DNA from: Eledone cirrhosa
Lineage: Eukaryota
DNA: 64,000 nucleotides
Reading direction: 5' to 3'
Assembly (NCBI GenBank): GCA_964016885.1
Contig: OZ024741.1
Location: 178,684,001 to 178,748,000, forward strand
Shown: one piece after another, positions 1-12,060 of the stretch
How the letters are laid out: every line of letters begins with the position of its first letter
Position numbering within the stretch: the stretch's first letter is position 1
The notes under the pieces: generated by a model
The model's database searches: none
Seen by the model: only the letters and a program-made list of their open reading frames with translations
Told to the model about the DNA's origin: nothing
Position numbers and translations under genes: made by a program

Positions 1-139
1 TACATATATATATGTAGGAGGTGAGTTTTATTGTAGTACAATAAAGCAATGCAGATATCGGATAAGAAGCACTCTACAGTTTGTAGGACTGGAGTATACA
101 TAATATAAGATCAAAAGATGGTTAAAGGAGTTCCATGTA

Positions 140-206
140 TTTTATTATGCGCATTTCAAAAACAAACATCATCATGCAATAATATTTGTGTTTTCATCAG
201 ATAAAA
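140..206 (-). ncRNA. Type I hammerhead ribozyme (family A, mirror of 2955-3021)
   Basis: Reverse complement reads ttttat CTGATGA [stem II] GAAA tgcgca TA ataaaa. Confidence 0.85.
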
Positions 207-1234
207 CAGGAGAACATGATATGAAGGCTAAAAAACACTTGTGGATAGTGCAGTTTTAAATCAACATATGAAAAGTGGTTTTAGATTGATGTGTGATATT
301 GGGAAAAATATTTTATTTAGAGAGGGGGGGTGGAAAGGATGAAAAAGGGGAGGAGATGAGAGGGAGAGATGGGTGATAGAGAGAAAGAGATAGTTTTTAT
401 AACTGAGAGAAGATATATTGTTTTACATAGAGAGGTTGAAAACCGTTGGAAGATAATGTATAAATTAAAAGAATTTGAAAATTAACGAAGGGGAGATATG
501 TATGAGGAAAAAATATTTTATTTAGGGAGGGGGGGGTGGAAAGGATGAAAAAAAGGGGGAGGAGATGAGAGTGAAGGTGGAGAGAGAGAGATGGGTGATA
601 GAGAGAAAGAGATAGTTTTTATAACTGAGAAAAGATATATTGTTTTACATAGAGAGGTTGAGAACCGTTGGAAGATAATGTATAAATTAAAAGAATTTGA
701 AAATTAACGAAGGGAATTTATGTATGAAGATAGAGAGAAAAAATAATAATTGTGGATGAATATTCTAGCGTCAAAAAAAGTGTATGTTGATAAGTATTGT
801 GGCAATTTCAAAATTAACGAAGAGAAAAAATTATTAAGGTTTGTGTGTAGAAGGATTTGAGAAAAATAATGTGAAGTTAAAGTTTGTATATTGAAGGAAT
901 TGATATGTGCGAATAAAGAGTTAATATGTATTAAGAATGAGTTCGTTGATGGGGAGAAAAAAATAATAAATTAAGGATGAAATTGAGATTAAAAAGTTTT
1001 ATGATAGAGAGAAAAAATAATAATAATTGCGGATGAATATTCTAACGTCAAAAAAACAAATGTATATGTTATGAAGGATTTTACAAGGTGAAGATAGAAA
1101 GAGGGTAATGAGTAAACAAGTATTATAGAGTGTATAATGCCCTTTGAAGTAAGGTAGGAAGATGGGTATATTTTAAAGAGGTGTATGTATATGTGCCTTT
1201 GAGAAAAGATTCTAAATTGATAAAGAATTGAATA

Positions 1235-1660
1235 TTAACTGTATACTTTGTGAAAAGTCCTATGGAATTTATGCAGGCAGATAGAAAACAAATCTGTACG
1301 TCTATTGATTATAGAATCTAGGTTAGAGATAATGGTAAATTTTTCATTTAGGCAGAGATTACAGATTTTAGATAGAGAGCTGTTCAAGTATGAGGATGCA
1401 GAAGAAACCTTCTTCCAAAAGATGGTATATTTAATGTTTTTGTCTTTCAAGGACCATATGAGTTCTGAGAGAGCCGTGTTGGTTCTTTTAAGTTTGTATT
1501 TGAAAGATGAATGATGATTGTAGAGACGAGCTTTAAAAGAGGTGGAAGTGGAGCCAAAATAGGTGAAGGAATTGGTGCTAGTTATAACTTTACATTCATA
1601 AATTAAGTTTTTATCGAGACAATGGTTGTTGAGAGGACATTTATTTTTAATGCGGCAGTT
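1235..1660 (-). pseudogene. C-terminal GIY-YIG endonuclease fragment of a Penelope-like element
   Basis: Hand translation through the loop: NCRIKNKCPLNNHCLDKNLIYECKV...TYFGSTSTSFKARLYNHHSSF...LSELIWSLKDKNIKYTIFWK...CNLCLNEKFTII...INRRTDLFSICLHK, showing the IY/YxG/R..H and CxLC..E..N GIY-YIG motifs; partial mirror copy at 1662-1923 (+). Confidence 0.9.
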
Positions 1661-2954
1661 GCAAACTTAAAAGAACCAACACGGCTCTCTCAGAACTCAT
1701 ATGGTCCTTGAAAGACAAAAACATTAAATATACCATCTTTTGGAAGAAGGTTTCTTCTGCATCCTCATACTTGAACAGCTCACTATCTAAAATCTGTAAT
1801 CTCTGCCTAAATGAAAAATTTACCATTATCTCTAACCTAGATTCTATAATCAATAGACGTACAGATTTGTTTTCTATCTGCCTGCATAAATTCCATAGGA
1901 CTTTTCACAAAGTATACAGTTAATATTCAATTCTTTATCAATTTAGAATCTTTTCTCAAAGGCACATATACATACACCTCTTTAAAATATACCCATCTTC
2001 CTACCTTACTTCAAAGGGCATTATACACTCTATAATACTTGTTTACTCATTACCCTCTTTCTATCTTCACCTTGTAAAATCCTTCATCACATATACATTT
2101 GTTTTTTTGACGTTAGAATATTCATCCGCAATTATTATTATTTTTTCTCACTATCATAAAACTTTTTAATCTCAATTTCATCCTTAATTTATTATTTTTT
2201 TCTCCCCATCAACGAACTCATTCTTAATACATATTAACTCTTTATTCGCACATATCAATTCCTTCAATATACAAACTTTAACTTCACATTATTTTTCTCA
2301 AATCCTTCTACACACAAACCTTAATAATTTTTTCTCTTCGTTAATTTTGAAATTGCCACAATACTTATCAACATACACTTTTTTTGACGTTAGAATATTC
2401 ATCCACAATTATTATTTTTTCTCTCTATCTTCATACATAAATTCCCTTCGTTAATTTTCAAATTCTTTTAATTTATACATTATCTTCCAACGGTTCTCAA
2501 CCTCTCTATGTAAAACAATATATCTTTTCTCAGTTATAAAAACTATCTCTTTCTCTCTATCACCCATCTCTCTCTCTCCACCTTCACTCTCATCTCCTCC
2601 CCCTTTTTTTCATCCTTTCCACCCCACCCCCCTCCCTAAATAAAATATTTTTTCCTCATACATATCTTCCCTTCGTTAATTTTCAAATTCTTTTAATTTA
2701 TACATTATCTTCCAACGGTTTTCAACCTCTCTATGTAAAACAATATATCTTCTCTCAGTTATAAAAACTATCTCTTTCTCTCTATCACCCATCTCTCCCT
2801 CTCATCTCCTCCCCTTTTTCATCCTTTCCACCACCCCTCTCTAAATAAAATATTTTTCCCAATATCACACATCAATCTAAAACCACTTTTCATATGTTGA
2901 TTTAAAACTGCACTATCCACAAGTGTTTTTTAGCCTTCATATCATGTTCTCCTG

Positions 2955-3021
2955 TTTTATCTGATGAAAACACAAATATTATTGCATGATGATGTTTGTT
3001 TTTGAAATGCGCATAATAAAA
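2955..3021 (+). ncRNA. Type I hammerhead ribozyme (family A)
   Basis: Stem I ttttat/ataaaa; CTGATGA 2961-2967; long stem II; GAAA 3004-3007; palindromic mini stem III tgcgca; UH=TA 3014-3015. Confidence 0.87.
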
Positions 3022-3058
3022 TACATGGAACTCCTTTAACCATCTTTTGATCTTATAT

Positions 3059-3144
<86 letters not shown>

Positions 3145-3175
3145 CATAAGTAGTTCCACAACACCTAGTTCACCA

Positions 3176-3220
3176 TACCGAGAACAAATGTTTCACCTTC
3201 TTTTGATCTTCAGCTCGATA
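3176..3220 (-). ncRNA. Minimal type I hammerhead in a ~75 bp island between microsatellites
   Basis: tatcgag CTGAAGA tcaaaagaaggt GAAA catttg TT ctcggta; 7-bp stem I, weak stem II. Confidence 0.65.
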
Positions 3221-3238
3221 TATATATATATATGTGTG

Positions 3239-3815
<577 letters not shown>

Positions 3816-3874
3816 ACACAGACTCCACTACAGCAATATATATATATATATTGCTGTAGTGGAGTCTATATATA

Positions 3875-3909
<35 letters not shown>

Positions 3910-3954
3910 TCTATATATATAGAGAGAGAGAGCGAGATAGAGAGTCTATATATA

Positions 3955-4702
3955 TATTCTTGACTTGTTTTGAATTAAGATTGAATTATTTATCCCATAT
4001 CTTACGTTAAAAATTGTTCATCTTGATGTTATAGTCACTTATATGTCTGAATTATTGTCGGCTTTTTGCTTACATTAATTTCTCTATTTTCATTTATATA
4101 TTTAAACTCGGAGCTGTCCTTGAGTGCTTACTAATATTTGTGACTAATCCCAGTTTTTTTTTTTAAACTGCGATAATATTGCTTTATGCTGAACTCCATA
4201 TTTTTGTTGAGTTTTTTCGGAATGTTTTCATTGGTGTTTCTTATAAACAGATTTTCGTTTCATCCCGGCATCACTAGCCTGTGTCCACGTGTGTTTTGTT
4301 ATTTCAATTCAATACGCTGTTCACTTTCCTGCTTTTAAATTCCTTTCTGGCATCCTAGCAGATTTAGTTAACGTGTTGAGCACTACTGATGAACGACGCC
4401 AACCGTGACTAACCCCACTGAAAAGTTTCGTGAAATAGTATTTTAAGACTATATAGTGCATTTGTAGATTTCCCCAAATTGACGGTTAAGTATTTCTTCT
4501 TGATTTTATTTTGAGTTAAGATTGTATTGGTTTTTTCCCCGGCTTACACAAAGTCTGAGGATAAAATTTTTATTCTTGACTTGTTTTGAATTAAGATTGA
4601 ATTATGTATCCCATATCTTACGTTAAACATTTTTCATCTTCATGTTATAGTCACTTATATGTCTGAATTATTGTCGGCTTACATTAATTTCTCTATTTTC
4701 AG

Positions 4703-4703
<1 letters not shown>
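3955..4703 (+). mobile_element. Retrozyme-like non-coding element: 616-nt unit plus ~135 bp terminal direct repeat, flanked by (TA)n
   Basis: tattcttgacttg...ctctattttca at 3955-4091 and 4571-4701; one internal hammerhead; no ORF. Confidence 0.75.
4380..4459 (+). ncRNA. Type I hammerhead ribozyme with a full stem III
   Basis: gcacta CTGATGA acga...tcgt GAAA tagt-attttaag-acta TA tagtgc; all three stems are Watson-Crick. Confidence 0.85.
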
Positions 4704-4786
<83 letters not shown>

Positions 4787-5129
4787 CACTTAACCCTATT
4801 TTCTTTCAGGACCACCGACAATGGCTGCTAGGCATTTTACCTACTTTCTTTAACTAAGAGGGACATTTTAAATAAGAATTGTCTGTGTATATATGATAGT
4901 TAGTACATGATGTACTCCTAAAACAACATTCGTTGCAGTATACTGATGATTATTTACAGGATTTGCCCAGTGACCATATATTTCAAAAATCTCGTGTTAT
5001 CCTCTCTGTTGAATAAATGTTATGAGTAAGCACGTATAATTTGTGAAAAACGAATTATATTGTAAGTCAGATTAGTATTTTGAAAGCTCCTTTCATGTAT
5101 ATATATATTTATATATATATATATATATA

Positions 5130-5740
5130 CGAGCGTGAGTCAAAAGATAATGCAATTTTGGTTATAGGGGATGCAAATTCTTTTCAGATATATCAATAAA
5201 TGAGCTGATATGAAAATGGCTGCACTGTTGAAAGCCCGTCAGAAGCAAAGAGCGGTAATCTGGTTCGTTATTGCCGAAGGAGAATCATCAGTAAACATTC
5301 TCAAATGACTAGAAAACGATTACAAAGACAAAGCTTTAGATTACAGCCGTGTGGGGAGGTGAGCTTGCCGTCTGAATGAGAATTCTACAGCCAAGGAAAA
5401 ATTGGGAAATTGCTTTATAGTGGCCGCTTCTGTCAACTCTGCCAACCAGGAAGACGCAGACGCTTTAATAAGAGATAATATGCGCATAATCATTAATGAG
5501 ATGGCATCAGACCTTTGAGTTAACCATGGTAGTGCTCACTACATTATTGAGTCACTTGGCTATTCCAAAGTATGTGCACGCTGGGTACACCGTGGCAATC
5601 ACTTCTTTCGTGTAAATATTTCTGTCGCATCCTCCCTACTCAAATGATTTTGCAAACTCAGAATTTCATCGCTTTGTTGGTGTAAAATTGCTTTCAAAGA
5701 GATATAACTATGTGGAGAAGTAGGAATATGAACCTCTCAT
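5130..5740 (+). mobile_element. Degenerate mariner transposon
   Basis: TA|CGAGCGTGAGTCAAAA TIR-like start; MAALLKARQKQRAVIWFVIAEG HTH; LGYSKVCARWV motif; NYVEK* end near 5720; in-frame stops and internal deletion. Confidence 0.8.
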
Positions 5741-5762
5741 GTATAGCTATTGCATGATATAC

Positions 5763-5959
5763 GAAAAGAGTCAGGGCCCCGACAGTTGAGCTCCGGCCGT
5801 TTTGACAGCTAGATCCAAACGTTCAGATCTAGCTGTCGAAACGGCCGGAGCTCAGCCGTCGGGGCCCTGACTCTTTTCCTGTTACCCACTCTTCTACCCT
5901 AAGTATTGAGTACTCTGGTGCGTTATGGTCCACCTGGTATCTTACCACTTTCTTTGTTT

Positions 5960-5960
<1 letters not shown>
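5763..5960 (+). mobile_element. Family D hairpin element, copy 1 (arms 5763-5815 / 5826-5878 plus ~80 nt tail)
   Basis: 53-bp inverted repeat; contains the 3' half of a hammerhead (gtc GAAA cggc..gccg TC ggggcc); homologous to 45451 and 55132. Confidence 0.85.
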
Positions 5961-6039
<79 letters not shown>

Positions 6040-6057
6040 TGTGTGTGTGTGTGTGTC

Positions 6058-6462
6058 TGATGGTAGCTAAGATGATTCTATAGGCGGTATGCCGGTTGAA
6101 CACTCTTACAGAGCAGAGTATGATAGAATAGAAAACGAAAAGTCAGTGATGCATCTGAACTGAATTTATTGTGTGTTACAATTGTTTCGGCTCGAGACGC
6201 GATCATTGTGTGGATCTGTCTGATTCTGGACCCGCAGGTTCGACGGACTTGTCTAACGATTTCGGAGCATATTCTCTCACAGGGGTATCTGGCCCTTTGG
6301 GCCAGTACCGTCAAAAACTTCATTCCCTTCGCGCGTCCTGTGATTGGCCGCTGGTTGTCGACGTCGTCATAATTCTGACCACAGGTACCAGTCCGCTGAC
6401 CTTCAGGGCGTTAGCTGTCCCATGTCTGCTACACTTCAATAAATTATTGCTGTGTTTGGCAG

Positions 6463-6508
<46 letters not shown>

Positions 6509-7041
6509 TGATGACAGTCGTACGCATACACGTCCGCTATACACACACATTTAAGAACAAATAAACATACGCATACATGCACTCAGAGAGACACGTACAC
6601 ACACAGACACATGCCCACATGCCTATATACATCAACATACTCACACGCATACATGTGCATACACATGCACACGCGTATATATACCCGTACACACAAGTAT
6701 ATACCAAACACAGCAGTAATGTTTTGAAGTGTAGCAGACATGGGACAGCTAACGCCCTGATGGTCAGTGGACTGGTACCTGTGGTCAGAATTATGATGAC
6801 GTCGACAACCAGCGGCCAATCACAGGACGCGCGAAGATGAAGTTTTTCACGGTACTGGCCCAGAGGGCCAGATACACCAGTAAGAGAATATGCTCCGAAA
6901 TCATTAGACGTGTCCGTCGAACCTGCGGGTCCAGAATCAGTCAATCCACACAATGATCGCGTCTCGAGCTGTCCGCCGGCGAAACAATTGTAACACACAA
7001 TAAATTGAGTTCAGATGCATCACTGATTTTTCGTTTTCTAT

Positions 7042-7044
<3 letters not shown>
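6058..7044. mobile_element. Older inverted pair (6125-6459 / 6704-7044) with a (CA)-rich centre and a ~67 nt tail on the left arm
   Basis: Arms are diverged reverse complements; decayed hammerhead at 6959-6996 (gcgt CT--CGA gctg..cggc GAAA caattg TA acac). Confidence 0.7.
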
Positions 7045-7077
<33 letters not shown>

Positions 7078-7078
<1 letters not shown>

Positions 7079-8570
7079 TGAATCAAGCACTCAACGTACT
7101 TTTTCCATATAGGTGTGACGGAGTATACATCGAATAAGAAAAAGCGAAGTAGTTTCAGATGTTAAAGTACTTTAATGATAATGCTGTGATACATATTTCA
7201 ATGACGACAGTGACCACATGGTTCGGTGCGCCCAGTGCCGTGACATCATCAGACAGCTTGTTACATAAGCAGGTTATGTTTCCGAGGCAATCCAAATTGA
7301 ATCGACATGGGAACGGACAAAGCGTGAGCTCTTGAGTTCTTCGCCCGTTCCCTTGTGAGTCCCAATTCACCACCACCGGTCTACGCAGGCGCAAGTCCGA
7401 AGGAAGTTGACCATCAACTACCGCAGAGTTCTACGGCAGTTCCCCTTCTCAACCAAACAATAACCCCATCCAGGCTTGTAATATGACACGGTTATAGTGT
7501 ACTGCTAGCCACCCTGTTAGTGGCAGTTGGCCGAAAGCTAGTGGGGTGGGAGAGTATGAGTATCAATAGGTCTCAATACTACCCCTAAATTAAGCATGGA
7601 CAGTAGAATTGACCATCAACCGCTAAGAGAATATATACTTATTTCTAGGTATTATGGTTTCACAGTGGAAATTATGAATAAGAGCTGGAAATTAACACTA
7701 AAAATTAAAAATCAAAAATCAAAAATTAAAAAAAATTACAAGTTAGAATCTAGATTGAAGTAAGTAAAAAAATATATGTACATATACTAACTAATAAATA
7801 GGGAGATGTGTAAGTTATAGTAAGAAGTTTTGAAATAGGGATCAATGTTACAGATATATTATCTACATATTGAATGATAGTACGGTACAGTAGAACGGAT
7901 GGTAAATTACAGTATGAAGCGTAGTAGTTAGGCGAACACATAGTTAATATCTCTATCACGTGGAACAAAACAAAAAATGTAAAATATAACATACCCCAAA
8001 AAATATACAAAAAAATACATAAAATACATAGATGCAAAATGAGATAGGAGATATATATGAGAAACATATACGAAGAAGGTAAACTGCATGGAAATGAGGG
8101 TATATGTGGTTAATATGATTGTCAATTTGTCCATATAAAGGTTTGTTATCTGGTGAAGTGAGGGGGCATCTGGTCAAGGTCTCTGTGCAGATGCAGTTTG
8201 CTGCAGGAAAATAGGGGTTTATCGTTGTTTTTATTTCCGCGTATTTATCCTGTCGAAAGTTAGTTTATAATTTTATGTCCGTCCAGTATCAGGGATTTCC
8301 AGTGTGTGTAGTCCATCCCCATGGTAAAGGGAATTTCCGAGGGTAGCTGATGGCTGGTTCATCTCTTCTCGACTATATCGGTTACACCATAGAGCGCTCA
8401 ACATTTTGGAGCTAAATTCTTAAGGTAAATATTGATGCAATTCAAGCACTCAACGTACTTTTTCCACATAGGAGTGACGGAGTATATATCAAATAAGAAA
8501 AATATATATAGAGTATAGTGTACTACTTTCGTTTGTTGACTCGCAGTAGAAATTTTACCTGGATCAACTT
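7078..8570. mobile_element. (TA)n-flanked element with ~60 bp direct repeats (7083-7143 / 8442-8500)
   Basis: tcaagcactcaacgtactttttcca..gtgacggagtata..tc.aataagaaaa occurs twice; decayed hammerhead-like motif 7207-7257 (-). Confidence 0.55.
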
Positions 8571-8601
<31 letters not shown>

Positions 8602-8696
8602 ATATATATATATATGTATGTATATATGTGTGTGTATGTGTGTGTGTCTGTGCGTCTGTGTATGTATGTATTGATATATCAATATATTATATTATA

Positions 8697-8800
8697 ACCC
8701 GCCGAGGTTGACTTTGCCTTTCATCCTTACGGGGTCGATAAAATAAAGTACCAGTAATGCACTGGGTAATTGCTGGCCTTGTGCCTAAAGTAGAAACAAA
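8697..8800 (+). mobile_element. 5'-truncated tRNA-derived SINE (Meta-like core)
   Basis: cccgccgaggttgactttgcctttcatccttacggggtcgataaaataaagtaccag...ggccttgtgcctaaagtagaaac. Confidence 0.85.
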
Positions 8801-9749
8801 TATATTATATTATATAGTATTTAGTCTGATCCAAGTTAACAGGCAACAGTGTTATATATGAAATAAGATAGTACATCCCGCCATGGTAATGAATACTGTC
8901 GTTTCTTAAAATCAAAGTATAGATATGTTTTTGTGTGTGTGTCTATTTGTCTGTCTGTAACTGCATGTATGAATCCGTACCTATATACAATGTGAGTATG
9001 CGTGTATAAAGTCGGGAAAGTAGAATTGCATGTACATTGATCAACAATCATTACACGCAAAATATTAAACTATTTCCAGTCAAAACCGTATTGAAATATA
9101 AACCAGCATATTTTCTTTTTTTCAATTAGATGTTAGAATCTGTGAACCATCTCCGTGAAAATTACTACTTATATGTTAGTAGGTATTCTAAAGTGAATTT
9201 CACATCTAAACTTACAGAATTCGAGACATTTGATAAACTAGTCATTACTGTATATCAATTTATTTATGCCGGTTCCTCTCTCTTTCTTACTCTCTTTATT
9301 TCTCCCTTTCTTCCTTGCTGTATTAATCTCTCTCTATATATATACATATATTTGTCTTTCTCACTCTTTTATTATCTTTCTCTCTTTCTATCCATAATTT
9401 CTGTAAACGTCGTACACATTTCTGTGAATAAGCTATTTTCGTAAATGTCACTTATAATAAACAGCGATATTTGTCGAGAATATTGAACGAAAATGATTTT
9501 TTTTCTATTTTTCTCTCACTTTTTTTAGTCTATTTTGAAATCTGCTTCTTTAACTAGCATACTAGTGTGGCAGACAATAAAAATAAAATTGTTATATAAA
9601 TTCTGCGATTAAACTACGTAATTTGGAATGCTCTAGATTATCATGATATTTTTATACTTTGTGGTTATTTATTCGAATTCTTTGGTAAAATGTAACGAGC
9701 ATATATATATATGTGTGTCTGTGTACGTGGGTGTGTGAGAGTAAACGCG

Positions 9750-9791
<42 letters not shown>

Positions 9792-9944
9792 TACGTATAC
9801 GTACATACATATATGTATACAGACGTACAGTAGTATGCATATATATATACATACATGTACACATATATAAGTAACAGCCGTACTAAGAGTGGGAAATGAA
9901 GTTTCGTTTCATTTTTTCCGTTTATATATATATATATTATATAA

Positions 9945-9978
<34 letters not shown>

Positions 9979-10033
9979 GAATATATGTATATAAATATTT
10001 GTGTGTGCATATGTATATATATATATTTCGTAT

Positions 10034-10098
<65 letters not shown>

Positions 10099-10369
10099 AA
10101 TATAAGTATATAGATATTTGTATATATATATGTATATATATATATATGTGTGTGTGTGTGGGTGTGGGTGTGTGGGTGTGAGTAACGACTTCCCAACAAT
10201 TTATATTTATTAAATTACACGTGATTTTGCTCAACCACAAGCTACAATAAAAAAAAGTTTCAATTTCTTGTCTAGCTCCTTATACATATATATAATAATA
10301 CAGTTTATCATATTTTATTCTATATTTCATACCGGTGGTCTCGTTTTCATTTTTGTGTAGTATATATAT

Positions 10370-10575
10370 TAGAAAGTGAGATTTTTTACGAAATGAAAAA
10401 TAACCGAGGTGTCCTACACGAGTGAAAGTATAAAGAAAAAAAGATGAACTCGAAAATGCAACTGGAGTCTTATTTTTAAATATATATATATATTTATTTG
10501 GTTCCTTTATCGGTTTCGCAGTTCTTCTGCTTTTCAAAAGTAGAGTTGAGATGGAGGGTCTGTGGTTTTTCTCAT
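10370..10575 (-). mobile_element. Family E short element with a U3-A8 hammerhead variant (10505-10540)
   Basis: Reverse-complement match to 52567-52770; (TA)n flanks. Confidence 0.75.
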
Positions 10576-10637
10576 ATATATTATAAGATGGTATCTAGGT
10601 GTGTTTCATATCATATTTGCCCATATGCCTGTATATG

Positions 10638-10670
<33 letters not shown>

Positions 10671-11463
10671 TTGTCTCTGTGTGTGTGTATGTATGTGTGT
10701 GTATGTGTGTATGTGTGCGTGTGTGTGTGTAAAAGGTAAACAGAAATAACAAAAATAACAAAACAAACGGCAGAGTACATGGACGAAAAATATTAGTTTG
10801 ACGCTTGAAATAGCAGGAAGAGAGTTATAGCATTTCGGACACTTGTTCTTCATCAAAAGGTTGAGTTAGAAATAGAAGATAAATAGTAAGTAATGAGTGA
10901 TGAGAGAACGGAACAGGCAACATGAGAAAAGAAAATGAGGAGAAAAAACGCGCAGCCATCTTGGAAAGTGGCTGGTGAAATGGTATCTTTGGCGTAAGAG
11001 ATGTTTAGGAAGGGAGATAATTATAGTGGGTATGCATGCGTATGTTGATATATGTGTGTGTGTGTGTGCATGTGTTGCGCGTGAAGGTGTGTTCGTCTGT
11101 TTGAAGGAGACGCCTGAAAGCGTGACAACTGACCGACGTAAAGGAGTCGATAGGAATGTATATGAATTTCTACATATACTTATATAAACACACACAAAGC
11201 AGCAGCCGAGATGATAGTTTAAAAAGTAGTGGCCTGTATATATTTTATTAACTGGTATGGTTGCAAGAGGAGTTGCATGAACAATACAGTGGTACAAGAG
11301 TAGACGGCTAAGCTGCAAGGTGTGAGGTAATTATGTACGTCGATGGAGCCGTGAAGTGGTAGGGATATATATATATATATATATATCCCTGATGTCTTCC
11401 AAAAGTAACGGTTGCATTTTGAAAGGGTATGTCAATATTTATTTATAAAACTGGTATATATTG

Positions 11464-11528
11464 TATTTTGTCTGATGAAAGCATATCATAATTTAACATG
11501 GTATCCTTGAAATATGTATAATAAAATA
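11464..11528 (+). ncRNA. Type I hammerhead in a ~180 bp (TA)n-flanked mini-element (11387-11568)
   Basis: tattttgt CTGATGA aag-c-atatcat..atggtat-c-ctt GAAA tatgta TA ataaaata; distal stem I extension atttataaaac/gttttataaat. Confidence 0.85.
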
Positions 11529-11593
11529 GATATGGTTTTATAAATATAGTTTCCATTTGTTAATATCGTATATATATATATATATATATATAA

Positions 11594-11988
11594 TGTAGGA
11601 GGTGAGTTTTATTGTAGTACAATAAAGCAATGCAGATATCGGATAAGAAGCACTCTACAGTTTGTAGGACTGGAGTATACATAATATATAAGATCAAAAG
11701 ATGGTTAAATGAGTTCCATGTATTTTATTATGCGCATTTCAAAAACAAATATCATCATGCAATAACATTTGTGTTTTCATCAGATAAAATAGGAGGACAT
11801 GATATGAAGGTTAAAAAACACTTGTGGATATGTTGATTTAAAACTGCACTATCCACAAGTGTTTTTAACCTTCATATCATGTCCTCCTATTTTATCTGAT
11901 GAAAACACAAATGTTATTGCATGATGATATTTGTTTTTGAAATGCGCATAATAAAATACATGGAACTCATTTAACCATCTTTTGATCT

Positions 11989-11998
<10 letters not shown>
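11594..11998. mobile_element. Short fold-back copy of family A PLE terminus (arms 11681-11830 / 11850-11998; tail 11594-11680)
   Basis: Matches 11-250 and 2895-3060; hammerheads at 11721-11791 (-) and 11888-11958 (+). Confidence 0.9.
11888..11958 (+). ncRNA. Type I hammerhead (family A); mirror at 11721-11791 (-)
   Basis: tattttat CTGATGA..GAAA tgcgca TA ataaaata; stem II differences from the 2955 copy keep base pairing. Confidence 0.87.

Positions 11999-12053
<55 letters not shown>

Positions 12054-12060
<7 letters not shown>

Larger units (their letters stand above)
11..3060. mobile_element. 5'-truncated Penelope-like element as a ~3 kb fold-back palindrome (arms 101-1496 and 1662-3060; ~90 nt tail 11-100 on the left arm only)
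   Basis: Arms are near-perfect reverse complements; the loop continues the GIY-YIG ORF; each arm carries a hammerhead; (TA)n on both flanks; ~200 bp internal tandem duplication in each arm (~305-500 / ~510-720). Confidence 0.92.

Noticed and set aside
1305-1853. Twin ORFs MIIESRLEIM...
   Set aside because: Antisense shadows of the GIY-YIG frame, duplicated by the palindrome
4943-4990. CTGATGA as a hammerhead
   Set aside because: No stem II-GAAA or stem I partner; the same applies to hits near 23036, 24563, 29108, 37345, 41080, 44617 and 60552
6058-6468. Solo LTR (TG...CA, AATAAA near the end)
   Set aside because: The termini blend into microsatellite, there is no TSD, and the inverted partner, tail and ribozyme remnant fit a PLE-type fold-back better
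7509-7550. ccacc ctgttag..gcc GAAA gctagt hammerhead-like motif
   Set aside because: Core has several mismatches and lacks UH
7956-8330. LINE C-terminal zinc finger (CICTETLTRCP) on the minus strand
   Set aside because: Motif incomplete and frames interrupted; too weak to call
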